Shown: piece after piece, positions 42,951 through 56,600 of the stretch
Position numbering within the stretch: position 1 is the first letter of the stretch
Layout: every line of letters starts with the position of its first letter
NCBI RefSeq assembly: GCF_009914755.1
Contig: NC_060940.1
From: the human T2T-CHM13v2.0 reference genome, Homo sapiens
Direction: 5' to 3' (one strand)
Length of the DNA: 64,000 bases
Translations under genes and position numbers: made by a program
The notes under the pieces: generated by a model
What the model was told of the DNA's origin: nothing
Seen by the model: the letters and a program-made list of their open reading frames with translations, nothing else
The model's database searches: none

Positions 42951-44781
42951 GAGTCTATTTATGTATTATATTCGTGTCCACTTCATGATTCCATTCAATT
43001 CCATTTAATGTTGATTCCATTTGATTCCATTTGATGATTCAGTTCGATTCCTTGCAATGATTCCCTACGATTCCTTTCTCTGATGATTCCATTCGATTCC
43101 ATTCATTGATGATTTCATTCGACTCCATTCGATGATGATTCCTTTCGATTCCATTTGACGATGTTTCCATTCGAGTCCATTCGATGATGATTCTATTCAA
43201 TTCTGTTCTATTATGATTCCATTCGATTTCATTCAATGCTTCTATTTGATTCCATTCGATGATGATTCCATCTCTTTCCCTTCGATGATTCCATTTGATT
43301 CCATTCAGTGATGTTTCCATTTGATTCCATCTGATGATGATTTCACTTGATTCCTTTCAATGATGATTCAATTCAAGTCCATTCGATGATTCCATTGGAG
43401 TCCAAACGATCATTCCGTTCGATTCCATTCAATGGTGATTCCATTCATGTCCATTCGATGAATCCATTCAATTCCATTCGATGATGACTCCATTCGAGTA
43501 CATTCGATGATTCCATTTGATTCCATTTGAAGATGATTCCATTCAATTCCATTCGAAGATGATTCCATTCAATTCCATTCGATGATGATTCCGTATGAAT
43601 CCATTCTCTGATTATTCCATTCGATTCCATTCATTGACGATTCCATTCAATTCCATTCAATGATGATTCTCTTCTATTCCATTCGATGATTCCGGTCGAT
43701 TCCATTCGATGATGATTCCATTAGATTCCATTCGATTGTTGCATTCGATTCCCTTCGATGATGATTCCTTTGAATTCCATTCGATTATCATTCCGTATGA
43801 ATCCATTTGATGATTATTCCATTGGATTCCTTTCAATGATGATTCCATTCGATTCCATTTGATGATGTTTCTCTTGTATTCCACTGGATAATTCCTTTCA
43901 GTTCCCTTCGATGATTATTCTTTCGAGTCAATTCGATGATTCTATTCCATTCCCTTCGATGATGATTCCATTTCACTCCATTTGATGATTCCATTCGACT
44001 CAATTTGGTGATGATTCAATTCGATGACATTCGATGACTCCATTCAATTTCATTTGATGATGATTACATTCGAGTCCATTTGATGATTGTATTCCTTTCC
44101 TTTTGATGATTATTCCATTCGTGTCTATTCAAAGGTTCCATTCTATTCCATTCAATGATGATTGCATTTGATTCCATTCAATGATTATGGCTATCGATTC
44201 CACTCGTTGATTCCATTTGATTCCGTTCGATGATTATTCCGTTAGATTCCATTAGAAGACTCCATTCGATTTTATTCAATGATTCCAATGGATTCCATTC
44301 AATGATGATTCCATTCGACTCCATTCAGTGATTCCATTCGAGTCCATTTGATGATTCCATTCTTTTCCATTTGATGATGATTCCATTAGGGTCCATTCAA
44401 TGATTCCATTCGAGTCCATTCGTTAATGCTTTTCGAGTCCTTTTGATCACTACATTCGAGTCCATTCAATGATTCTATTCGATTCCATTCCATGATGATT
44501 CCATTCGAGTTCATTCGATGATTGCATTCGAGTCCATTTGATGATTCCATATGATTCCCTTCGAAAATGATTCCATTCGTGTCCATTTGATGATTCCATT
44601 CATTTCCTATCGATGAAGATTCCGTTCGAGTGTATTCGATGATTCCATTCAAATCCATTCGATGATGATTCCATTCCAGTCCATTCGATCATTCCACTTG
44701 ATTCCATTTGATGACTATTCCATTCAAATCCATTTGATGATTCCATTCGATTCCATTCGATGTTACCATTCGAGTATATAC
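42951..44781 (+). repeat. Divergent HSat2 island not belonging to the 6.1-kb unit (~1.83 kb)
   Basis: Same pentamer grammar and orientation, but with motifs I do not see elsewhere in the window (CCTTGCAATGATTCCCTACG, GGAGTCCAAACGATC, TTCCGGTCG, CTCTTGTATTCCACTGGATA, GGCTATCG). The ORF-track peptides at 43039-44658 are also unique. Confidence 0.88.
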
Positions 44782-47627
44782 GATGATTCCACTCGATTCC
44801 ATTTGATGATTATTCCATTGGAGTCCACTTAGTGAATCCTTTAGATTCTACTCGAAGATGATTCCATTCGAGTCCATTCGATGATACCACTCAATTCCAT
44901 TCGTTGATGCTTCCATTCAAGTGCATTCGATGATATCATTCGATTCCTTTTGATGATAATTCCATTTGATTCCATGCGATGATTCTATTCGATTCCATTC
45001 AATGATAATTCCATTCAATTCAGTGATTCCTCTGGACTCCATTTGATGATGATTCCATTCAATGATTCCATTCGATTCTATTCGAAAATGATTCCATTTG
45101 AATCCATTTGATGATGATTCCATTGGATTCCATTTGATGATTCCATTCGATTCCATTCGATGATGATTCCATTCGATTCCTTTTGATGATTCCATTCTAT
45201 TGTATTCAATGATGATTCCATTCGATTCCATTCGATGATGATTGGATTCGATTCCATTTGATGATTTCATTTGATTCCATTCGATAATGATTTCGATCAA
45301 TTCCATTCGATGATTCCATTCGATTCCATTCGATAATGATTACATCCGAGTCCATTCGATGATTCCATTTGAGCCCGTTCGATAATTCCATTTGAGTCCA
45401 ATCAATGATTCCATTCATTTCCATTCAATGATTCCATTCGAGTCCATTTGATCATTCCGGTAGGGTCCGTTCGATGTTGATTCCATTGGAGTGCATTCGA
45501 TGATTCCATTCGAGTCCATTTTAGGATTTGATTCGAGTCCTTTCGATGATTCCATTCGATTCCACTCGATGATTTCATTCGAGTCCATTCGACACTTCCA
45601 ATCGATTCCATTTGATGTTTCCATTCGATTCCAATTGATGATTCCATTCAATTCCATTCGATGATGATTCCGTACGATTCCATTCTGTGATGATTCCATG
45701 TGATTGCATTCAATGATGATTCCTTTCGATTGCATTCGATTATGATTCATTTCGTGTTCATTCTATGGTTCCACAGGTTTCCATTCGATGATGTTTCCAT
45801 TCGTGTCCATTCCATTATTCCATTCTATTCCATTTGAAGATGATTCCATTCGATTCCATTCATTGGTGATTCCACTCAATTCCATTCAATGATTCCATTC
45901 CATTTCTTTCAACAATGATTCCATTAGTTTCTATTCGATGATCCACTTGATTCCATTTGACGATGATTCCATTCATGTCCATTCGATGATTCCATTTGAT
46001 TCCATATGATGATGATTCCATTCGATTCCATACGATGATGATTCCATTCGAGTCCATTCAATGGTGATTCCATTCAATTCCATTCGATGATTCCTTTCGA
46101 TTCCATTCAATGATGATGGCATTCGATTCCTTTCGATCATTCCCCTAGATTCCATTCAAAGGTGATTTCATTCAAGTCCATTCGATAATTGCATTCGATT
46201 CCATTCTATGATGATTCCATTCGAGTCCATTTGATGATTCCATTCAATTCAAGTCAATGATGATTCCATTCGATTCCATTCGATGATTCCATTGGATTCC
46301 ATTCGATGATGATTCCATTCAAATCCATTCGATAATTCAATTCAAGTCCATTCGATGATGATTCCAATCGAATCCATTCAAAGATTCCACTCAATTCCAT
46401 TCGATGATGATTCCCTTAGATTCCATTCGATGATTCCACTTGATTCCATTTACGATGATTCCATTCGATTCCATGTGATGATTCCATTCAATTCTATTCA
46501 ATGATGTTTCCACTTGATTCCATTCGAACATGATTGCCTTTGATTCCATTCAATGATTCCATACGGTTCCATTTGATGATGATTCCATTCGAGTGCATTA
46601 GATGATTCCATTCGAGTCCATTCGATGATTCCATTCGATTCCATTCGATGTTGATTCTGTTCAAATCCATTCGATGATTCCACTCGATTCCATTCGATGA
46701 CTCCATTTGATCCCATTCGATGATTTCCTTTGATTCCCTTTGATGATCATTCCATTTGATTCAATTCGGTGATTTCATTTGATTCCATTCAGTGATGTTT
46801 CCATTCAACTCCTTTCGATGATGATTCCATTCGACTCCATTCGATTATGATTTCATTCAATTCCATTCGATAATGATTCCCTTCAAGTCCATTCGATGAT
46901 TCCATTCGATTCCATTCAACGATGATTTGATTCGTGTCCATTCGATGATTCCATTTGATTCCATTTGATGATGATTCCATTCGAGTCCCTTTGATGATTC
47001 CATTCAATTCCATTCTCCGATGATTTCTTTTGAGCCCATTCAATGCTTCCACTCGATTCCATATGATGATGACTCCATTTGATGAAATTCCATGATGATT
47101 CCATTCGCTTGCATTCGATGATGATTCCACTTGAGTCCGTTAGAAGATTCTATTCAATTACATTCCACGACGATTCTGTTCGAGTCCATTTGATGATTCC
47201 ATTAGACTCCATTTGACGATGATTCCATTCGATGTTATTCGATGATGCTTCCATTCAACTCCATTCGATGTATCCATTCGAGTTCATTCTATTATTCCAT
47301 TAGATTCCATTCGATGATGATTCCATTCGATTCCATTTGATGATTGCATTCTGTTTCATTTGATGATGATTCCATTCGAGTCCATTCGATGATTCCATTC
47401 GAGTCCATTTAATGTATCCATTGGTTTCAATTCTATGATGATTACATTGGATTCCATTCGTTGATGATTTCATTCGATTCCATTCAATGATGATTCCATT
47501 CAATTCCATTCAATGATTCCATTCAATTCCATACGATGATGATTCCATTTGATTTGATTCGACAGTGAGCCATTCGATTCAATTCCATGATGATTCTATT
47601 TGATTCAATTGGTTGACATTTCCATTC
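44782..47627 (+). repeat. Partial unit (3' ~2.85 kb of the 6.1-kb unit, divergent lineage)
   Basis: Resumes at GATGATTCCACTCGATTCC, with GTCCACTTAG at 44823 (unit offset ~3190), and runs to the unit end. Carries +16, -3, +3, -72 and -23 bp indels. Confidence 0.87.
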
Positions 47628-50600
47628 GATTCCATTCGATGATGATTCCATTTGATTCCATTCAAAGATGATTCCATTCTAGCCCATTCAATCATTCCAT
47701 TCGATTCTATTCAATGATGATTCCATTCATGTCGATTTGGTGATTCCATTTGACTTCATTTGATGATGATTCCTTTCAAGTTCATTAGATGATTCCATTC
47801 GATTCCATTTGATGATGATCCCATTCCAGTCCATTCAGTGATTCCACTCGTTTCCATTCCATGATGATTCCATTCCATTCCATTCAATGACTCCATTCGA
47901 TTCCGTTTGATGATGATTTCATTCGAGTCCATTTGATGATTCCATTTGATTCCATTCGATGATGATTACATTCGAGTCCATACGATGATTCCACTCAATT
48001 CCATATCATGATGATTCCATTCGATTCCATTCGATGATTCCATTCTATTCTATTCAATGGTGATTCCATTCGAGTACATTAGATGATTCCATTCGATTCC
48101 ATTCAATGATGATTCTATTTGTGTCCCTTAGATGGTTCCACATGATTCCATTTCATGATGATACTATTTGAGCCCATCCAATGATTCCCTTCGTATCCAT
48201 TCGATGAGGATTCCATTCGATTCAATTCATTGGTGATTCTATTCAATTCAATTCTTTGATTCCATTCCATTCCATTCGACAATGATTCCATTCGATTTCT
48301 TTCGATGATTCCACTCGATTCCACTTGACATTGATTCCATTCGATTCCATTCAATGATTCCGTTTGATTCCAGTGGATGATGATTGCCATCGATTCCATT
48401 CGATCACTCCATTCTATTCCATTTGATGATGATTACATTCGATTCCATTTGATGATTCCATCTGATTCTATTCGAGGATTCCATTTGATTCCATTCGATG
48501 ATGATTCCATTCGAGTGCATTCGATGATTTCATTCGAGTACATCCAATGATTCCATTCGAGTCCATTTGATGATTCCATTTAATTCCATTTGATTATGAT
48601 TCTACTAGAGTCCATTCAATGACTCCATTCGAATCCATTCAACAATTCCATTCGAGGCCATTCGATGATTCCATTTCATGATTCCATTCGAGTCCATTTA
48701 ATCATTACAGTCGAGTCCATTTGGTGATTCCACTGGATTTCTTTTGATAATGATACCATTCAATTACATTTGATGATGATCCCATTCAATTTCATTTGAT
48801 GGTGATTCCATTAGAGTCCATTCGATGATTTCATTCGAGTCCCTTCATTGATTCCATCCGATTTCATTTGATGATGACTCCATTCGAGTCCATTCGATGA
48901 TTCCACTCGATTCCATCAGATGGTTCCATTGGAGTCCATTTGATTGTTCCATTCGATTCTATTCGATTCCTTTCGAAGATTATTCCATTTGAGTCCATTC
49001 GATGATGATTCCATTCCATTCCATTCGATGATTCCGTTTGATTCCATTCGATGATTCCCTTCGATTCCTTTCTTTGATGATTCCATTCCATTCCATTCAA
49101 TGATTCCATTCGAATCTATTCCATGATGATTCCTTTCGATTCCATTCGCTGATGTTTCCGTTCAATTCCATTCGATGATGATTCCATTCGATTCCATTCA
49201 TTGAGGATTCCATTTGATTCCATTCAATGATGATTCCGTTCTATTCCATTCAATGATTGCATTCAATTCCATTCAATGATTATCCCCTTAGAGTAAACTC
49301 AACGATTCCATTCAATACCATTCGATGATGATTCCTTTTGAGTCCATTCAATGATTTCATTCAAGTCCATTTGATGATTCCTTTCAATTCCATTCTATGA
49401 TGATTCCATTCGAGTCCATTCGATGATTCCATTCGATTGCATTCGATGATTCCATTATATTCCATTCAACAATGATTCCATTCGAGTCCATTCGATGATT
49501 CCATTAGAGTACATTTAATGATTGCTTTGTTTTCAATTCGAAGATGATTACATTGGATTCCATTCTATGATACCATTCGATTCCATTCAATGATGATTCC
49601 ACTCAAATCCATTGGATGATTCCATTCGTGTCCATTCGGTGATTTCATTAGATTCCATTCGAGGATGATTCCATTCGATTCCATTCGATGATTCCATTCA
49701 ATTCCATTCGATGATGATTCCATTCCAGTCCATATGATCATTCCATTTGATTTCATTCGATGGATGATTCCATTCGATTCCATTCGATGATTCCATTCTA
49801 TTCCATTCGATGATGATTCCATTCGAGTCCATTCGATGATTCCATTCGAGTCCATTTAATGATTCCATTGGGTTCAATTCAATGATGATTACATTGGATT
49901 CCGTTCTATGATTCCATTCAATTCCGTTCATTGACAATTTGATTCCATTCGATGATGATTCCATTTGAGTTCATTCGATGATTCTATTCGATTCTCTTCG
50001 ATGGTGATTCAATTCTATTATATTGGATGATTCCATTCGATTCCATTTGATGTTTATTCAATTCGATTCTATTCGATGATGATTCCATTGGATTTCACTT
50101 GATGATTCTATTCGATTCCATTCAATGATGATTCACTTCTCGTCCATTGGATGATTCCATTTCATTCCATTCGATGATGATTCCATTCGATTCCATTCGA
50201 TGATTCCATTTGATTCCATGCGTCGGTGAGCAATTCGATTCAATTCCATGATGATTCTATTTGATTCAATTAGATGATGTTTCCATTCGAATCCATTCCA
50301 TGATTATTCCATTGGAATCCATTCGGCGATGATTCCATATGAGTCAATTCAATGATGATTCCATATGGGTCCGTTTGATGATAATTCCATTTGATTTCAT
50401 TCGGTGCTTCTATTCAATTCCAGTCGATGATGATTCCGCTGGAGTCCATACGATGATTCCATTTGATTTCATTTGATGATGATTCCATTCGATGATGATT
50501 ACATTGGATTCCATTCTATGATTCCATTCAATTCCATTCGTTGATGATTCGATTCCATTCAATGATGATTCCATTTGAGTTCATTCGATGATTCTATTCG

Positions 50601-53600
50601 ATTCCGTTCGATGGTGATTCAATTCTCTTATATTGGATGAATCCACTCGATTCCATTTGATGATTATTCCATTGGAGTCCACTTAGTGAATCCTTCAGAT
50701 TCTACTCGAAGATGATTCCATTCCAGTCCATTCGATGATACCATTCAATTCCATTCGTTGATGCTTCCATTCAAGTGCATTCGATGATATCATTCGATTC
50801 CATTTGATGATAATTCCATTTGATTCCATGCGATGATTCTATTCGATTCCATTCAATGATAATTCCATTCAGTTCAGTGATTCCTCTGGATTCTATTTGA
50901 TGATGATTCCATTCAATGATTCCATTCGATTCTATTCGAAAATGTTTCCATTTGAATCCATTTGATGATGATTCCATTAGATTCCATTTGATGATTCCAT
51001 TCGATTCCATGCGACGATGATTCCATTCGATTCCATTTGATGATTCCATTCTATTCTATTCGATGATGATTCCATTCGATTCCATTCGATGATGATTGGA
51101 TTTGATTCCATTTGATGATTTCATTTGATTCCATTCGTTAATGATTTCGATCAATTCCATTCGATGATTCCATTCGATTCCATTCGATGATGATTGGATT
51201 TGATTCCATTTGATGATTTCATTTGATTCCATTCGTTAATGATTTTGATCAATTCCATTCGATGATTCCATTCGATTCCATTCGATAATGATTACATCCG
51301 AGTCCATTCGATGATTCCATTTGAGCCTGTTCGATAATTCCTTTTGAGTCCAACCAATGATTCCATTCATTTCCATTCAATGATTCCATTCGAGTCCATT
51401 TGATCATTCCAGTAGGGTCCATTCGATGTTGATTCCATTGGAGTGCATTCGATGATTCCATTCGAGTCCATTTTAGGATTTGATTCGAGTCCTTTCGATG
51501 ATTCCATTCGATTCCACTCGATGATGATTTCATTCGAGTCCATTCGACACTTCCAATCGATTCCATTTGATGTTTCCATTCGAGTCCAATTGATGATTCC
51601 ATTCAATTCCATTCGATGATGATTCCGTACGATTCCATTCTGTGATGATTCCATGTGATTGCATTCAATGATGATTCCTTTAGATTGCATTCGATTGTGA
51701 TTCATTTCGTCTTCATTCTATGGTTCCACAGGTTTCCATTCGTGTCCATTCCATTATTCCATTCTATTCCATTTGATGATGATTCCATTCGATTCCATTC
51801 ATTGGTGATTCCACTCAATTCCATTCAATGATTCCATTCCATTTCTTTCAACAATGATTCCATTAGTTTCTATTCGGTGATCCACTTGATTCCATTTGAC
51901 GACGATTCCATTCGTGTCCATTCGATGATTCCATTTGATTCCATATGATGATGATTCCATTCGATTCCATACGATGATGATTCCATTCGAGTCCATTCAA
52001 TGGTGATTCCATTCAATTCCATTCGATGATTCCTTTCGATTCCATTCGATGATGATGGCATTCGATTCCTTTCAATCATTCCCTTTGATTCCATTCAAAG
52101 GTGATTTCATTCAAGTCCATTCGATAATTGCATTCGATTCCATTCTATGATGATTCCATTCGAGTCCATTTGATGATTCCATTCAATTCAAGTCAATGAT
52201 GATTCCATTCGATTCCATTCGATGATTCCATTGGATTCCATTCGATGATGATTCCATTCAAATCCATTCGATAATTCAATTCAAGTCCATTCGATGATGA
52301 TTAAAATCGAATCCATTCAAAGATTCCATTCAGTTCCATTCGATGATTCCCTTAGATTCCATTCGATGATTCCACTTGATTTCATTTACGATGATTCCAT
52401 TCGATTCCATGTGATGATTCCATTCAATTCTATTCAATGCTGTTTCCATTTCTTTCCATTCGACCATGATTGCCTTTGATTCCATTCAATGACTCCATTC
52501 GGTTCCTTTTGATGATGATTCCGTTCGATTCCATTTCATTATTCCATTTGATTCCATTGGATGAGTCCATTCGATTACATTCGATGATTATTCCATTCGA
52601 GTGCATTAGATGATTCCATTCGAGTCCATTCGATGATTCCATTCGATTCCATTCGATGTTGATTCTGTTCAAATCCATTCGATGATTCCACTCGATTCCA
52701 TTCGATGACTCCAGTTGATCCCATTCGATGATTTCCTTTGATTCCCTTTGATGATCATTCCATTTGATTCAATTCGGTGATTTCATTTGATTCCATTCAG
52801 TGATGTTTCCATTCGACTCCATTCGATGATGATTCCATTCGACTCCATTCGATTATGATTTCATTCAATTCCATTCGATAATGATTCCCTTCGAGTCCAT
52901 TCGATGATTCCATTCGATTCCATTCAACGATGATTTGATTCGTGTCCATTCGATGATTCCATTTGATTCCACTTGATGATGATTCCATTCGAGTCCATTT
53001 GATGATTCCATTCAATTCCATTCTCCGATGATTTCTTTTGAGCCCATTCAATGCTTCCACTCGATTCCATATGATGATGACTCCATTCGATGAAATTCGA
53101 TGATGATTCCATTCGTTTGCATTCGATGATGATTCCACTTGAGTCCATTAGAAGATTCTATTCAATTACATTCCATGACGATTCCGTTCGAGTCCATTTG
53201 ATGATTCCATTAGACTCCATTCGACGATGATTCCATTCGATGTTATTCGATGATTCCATTCGATCTCATTCGATGATGATTCCATTCAACTCCATTCGAT
53301 GTTTCCATTCGAGTTCATTCTATTATTCCATTAGATTCCATTCGATGATGATTCCATTCGATTCCATTTGATGATTGCATTCTATTTCATTTGATGTTGA
53401 TTCCATTCGAGTCCACTCGATGATTCCATTCGAGTCCATTTAATGAATCCATTGGTTTCAATTCTATGATGATTACATTGGATTCCATTCGTTGATGATT
53501 TCATTCGGTTCCATTCAATGATGATTCCATTCAATTCCTTTCAATGTTTCCATTCAATTCCATACGATGATGATTCCATTTGATTTGATTCGACAGTGAG

Positions 53601-53658
53601 CCATTCGATTCAATTCCATGATGATTCTATTTGATTCCATTGGTTGACATTTCCATTC
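47628..53658 (+). repeat. Higher-order unit 8 (6031 bp)
   Basis: Marker at 47678, next at 53709. Indels of -170 (~47967), -10 (~48675), +1 (~49762) and +98 (~51100-51290) sum to -81. Confidence 0.9.
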
Positions 53659-56600
53659 GATTCCATTCGATGATGATTCCCTTTGATTCCATTCAAAGAT
53701 GATTCCATTCTAGCCCATTCAATCATTCCATTCGAATCTATTCAATGATGATTCCATTCATGTCGATTTGGTGATTCCATTTGACTTCATTTGATGATGA
53801 TTCCTTTCAAGTTCATTAGATGATTCCATTCGATTCCATTTGATGATGATCCCATTCGAGTCCATTCAGTGATTCCACTCGTTTCCATTCCATGATGATT
53901 CCATTCCATTCCATGCAATGATTCCATTCGATTCCGTTTGATGATGATTTCATTCGAGTCCATTTGATGATTCCATTTGATTCCATTCGATGATGATTCC
54001 ATTCGAGTCCATTCGATGATTCTATTCGAATCCATTTGATGATTTCTTTTGATTATAGTTGGTGATGATTCCATTGGAGTCCATTCAATGATTCCATTCG
54101 ATTCCAATCGATGGTGATTCCATTAGAGTCCATTTAATGATTCCATTTGATTCCAGTCTCTGATGATTACATTCGAGTCCATACGATGATTCCACTCAAT
54201 TCCATATGATGATGATTCCATTCGATTCCATTCGATGATTCCATTCTATTCTATTCAATGGTGATTCCATTCGAGTACATTAGATGATTCCATTCGATTC
54301 CATTCAATGATGATTCTATTTGTGTCCCTTAGATGATTCCACATGATTCCATTAGATGATGATACTATTTGAGCCCATCCAATGATTCCCTTCGATTCCA
54401 TTCGATGAGGATTCCATTCGATTCAATTCATTGGTGATTCTATTCAATTCAATTCTTTGATTCCATTCCATTCCATTCCACAATGATTCCATTCGATTTC
54501 TTTCGATGATTCCACTCGATTCCACTTGACATTGATTCCCTTCGATTCCATTCAATGATTCCATTTGATTCCAGTGGATGATGATTGCCATCGATTCCAT
54601 TTGATCACTCCATTCTATTCCACTTGATGATGATTACATTCGATTCCATTTGACGATTCCATCTGATTCTATTCGAGGATTCCATTTGATTCCATTCGAT
54701 GATGATTCCATTCGAGTCCATTCGATGATATCATTCGAATACATCCAATGATTCCATTCGAGTCCATTTGATGATTCCATTTGATTCCATTTGATAATGA
54801 TTCTACTAGAGTCCATTCAATGACTCCATTGGAGTCCATTCAACAATTCCATTCGACTCCATTTGATGATTCCATTGGATTCCATTTGATGATTCCATTC
54901 GAGTCCATTTAATCATTACAGTCGAGTCCATTTGGTGATTCCACCGGATTTCTTTTGATAATGATACCATTCAATTACATTTGATGATGATCCCATTCAA
55001 TTTCATTTGATGATGATTCCATTAGAGTCCATTCGATGATTTCATTCGAGTCCCTTCATTGATTCCATCCGATTTCATTGGATGATGACTCCATTCGAGT
55101 CCATTCGATGATTCCACTCGATTCCATTAGATGATTCCATTGGAGTCCATTTCATTGTTCCATTCGATTCCATTCGATTCCTTTCGAAGATTATTCCATT
55201 TGAGTCCATTCGATGATGATTCCATTCCATTCCATTCGATGATTCCGTTTGATTCCATTCGATGATTCCCTTCGATTCCTTTCTTTGATGATTCCATTCC
55301 ATTCCATTCAATGATTCCATTCGAATCTATTCCATGATGATTCCTTTCGATTCCATTCGCTGATGTTTCCGTTCAATTCCATTCGATGATGATTCCATTC
55401 GATTCCATTCATTGAGGATTCCATTTGATTCCATTCAATGATGATTCCGTTCTATTCCATTCAATGATTGCATTCAATTCCATTCAGTGATTATCCCCTT
55501 AGAGTAAACTCAACGATTCCATTCAATACCATTCGATGATGATTCCTTTTGAGTCCATTCAATGATTTCATTCAAGTCCATTTGATGATTCCTTTGAATT
55601 CCATTCTATGATGATTCCATTCGAGTCCATTCGATGATTCCATTCGATTGCATTCGATGATTCCATTATATTCCAGTCAACGATGATTCCATTCGAGTCC
55701 ATTCGATGATTCCATTAGAGTACATTTAATGATTGCTTTGTTTTCAATTCGAAGATGATTACATTGGATTCCATTCTATGATACCATTCGATTCCATTCA
55801 ATGATGATTCCACTCAAATCCATTGGATGATTCCATTCGTGTCCATTCGGTGATTTCATTAGATTCCATTCGAGGATGATTCCATTCGATTCCATTCGAT
55901 GATTCCATTCAATTCCATTCGAGGATGATTCCATTCCAGTCCATATGATCATTCCATTTGATTTCATTCGATGATGATTCCATTCGATTCCATTCGATGA
56001 TTCCATTCTATTCCATTCGATGATGATTCCATTCGAGTCCATTCGATGATTCCATTCGATTCCATTTAATGATTCCATTGGGTTCAATTCAATGATGATT
56101 ACATTGGATTCCGTTCTATGATTCCATTCAATTCCGTTCATTGACAATTTGATTCCATTCGATGATGATTCCATTTGAGTTCATTCGATGATTCTATTCG
56201 ATTCTCTTCGATGGTGATTCAATTCTATTATATTGGATGATTCCATTCGATTCCATTTGATGTTGATTCAATTCGATTCTATTCGATGATGATTCCATTG
56301 GATTTCACTTGATGATTCTATTCGATTCCATTCAATGATGATTCACTTCTCGTCCATTGGATGATTCCATTTCATTCCATTCGATGATGATTCCATTCGA
56401 TTCCATTCGATGATTCCATTTGATTCCATGCGTCGGTGAGCAATTCGATTCAATTCCATGATGATTCTATTTGATTCAATTAGATGATGTTTCCATTCGA
56501 ATCCATTCCATGATTATTCCATTGGAATCCATTCGGCGATGATTCCATATGAGTCAATTCAATGATGATTCCATATGGGTCCGTTCGATGATAATTCCAT

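Noticed and set aside
42951-44781. Island as a transposon or viral insertion with target-site duplication
   Set aside because: The island is itself HSat2, with no poly(A), terminal repeats or coding sequence. The 2.3-kb flanking repeat is too long and too diverged to be a TSD.
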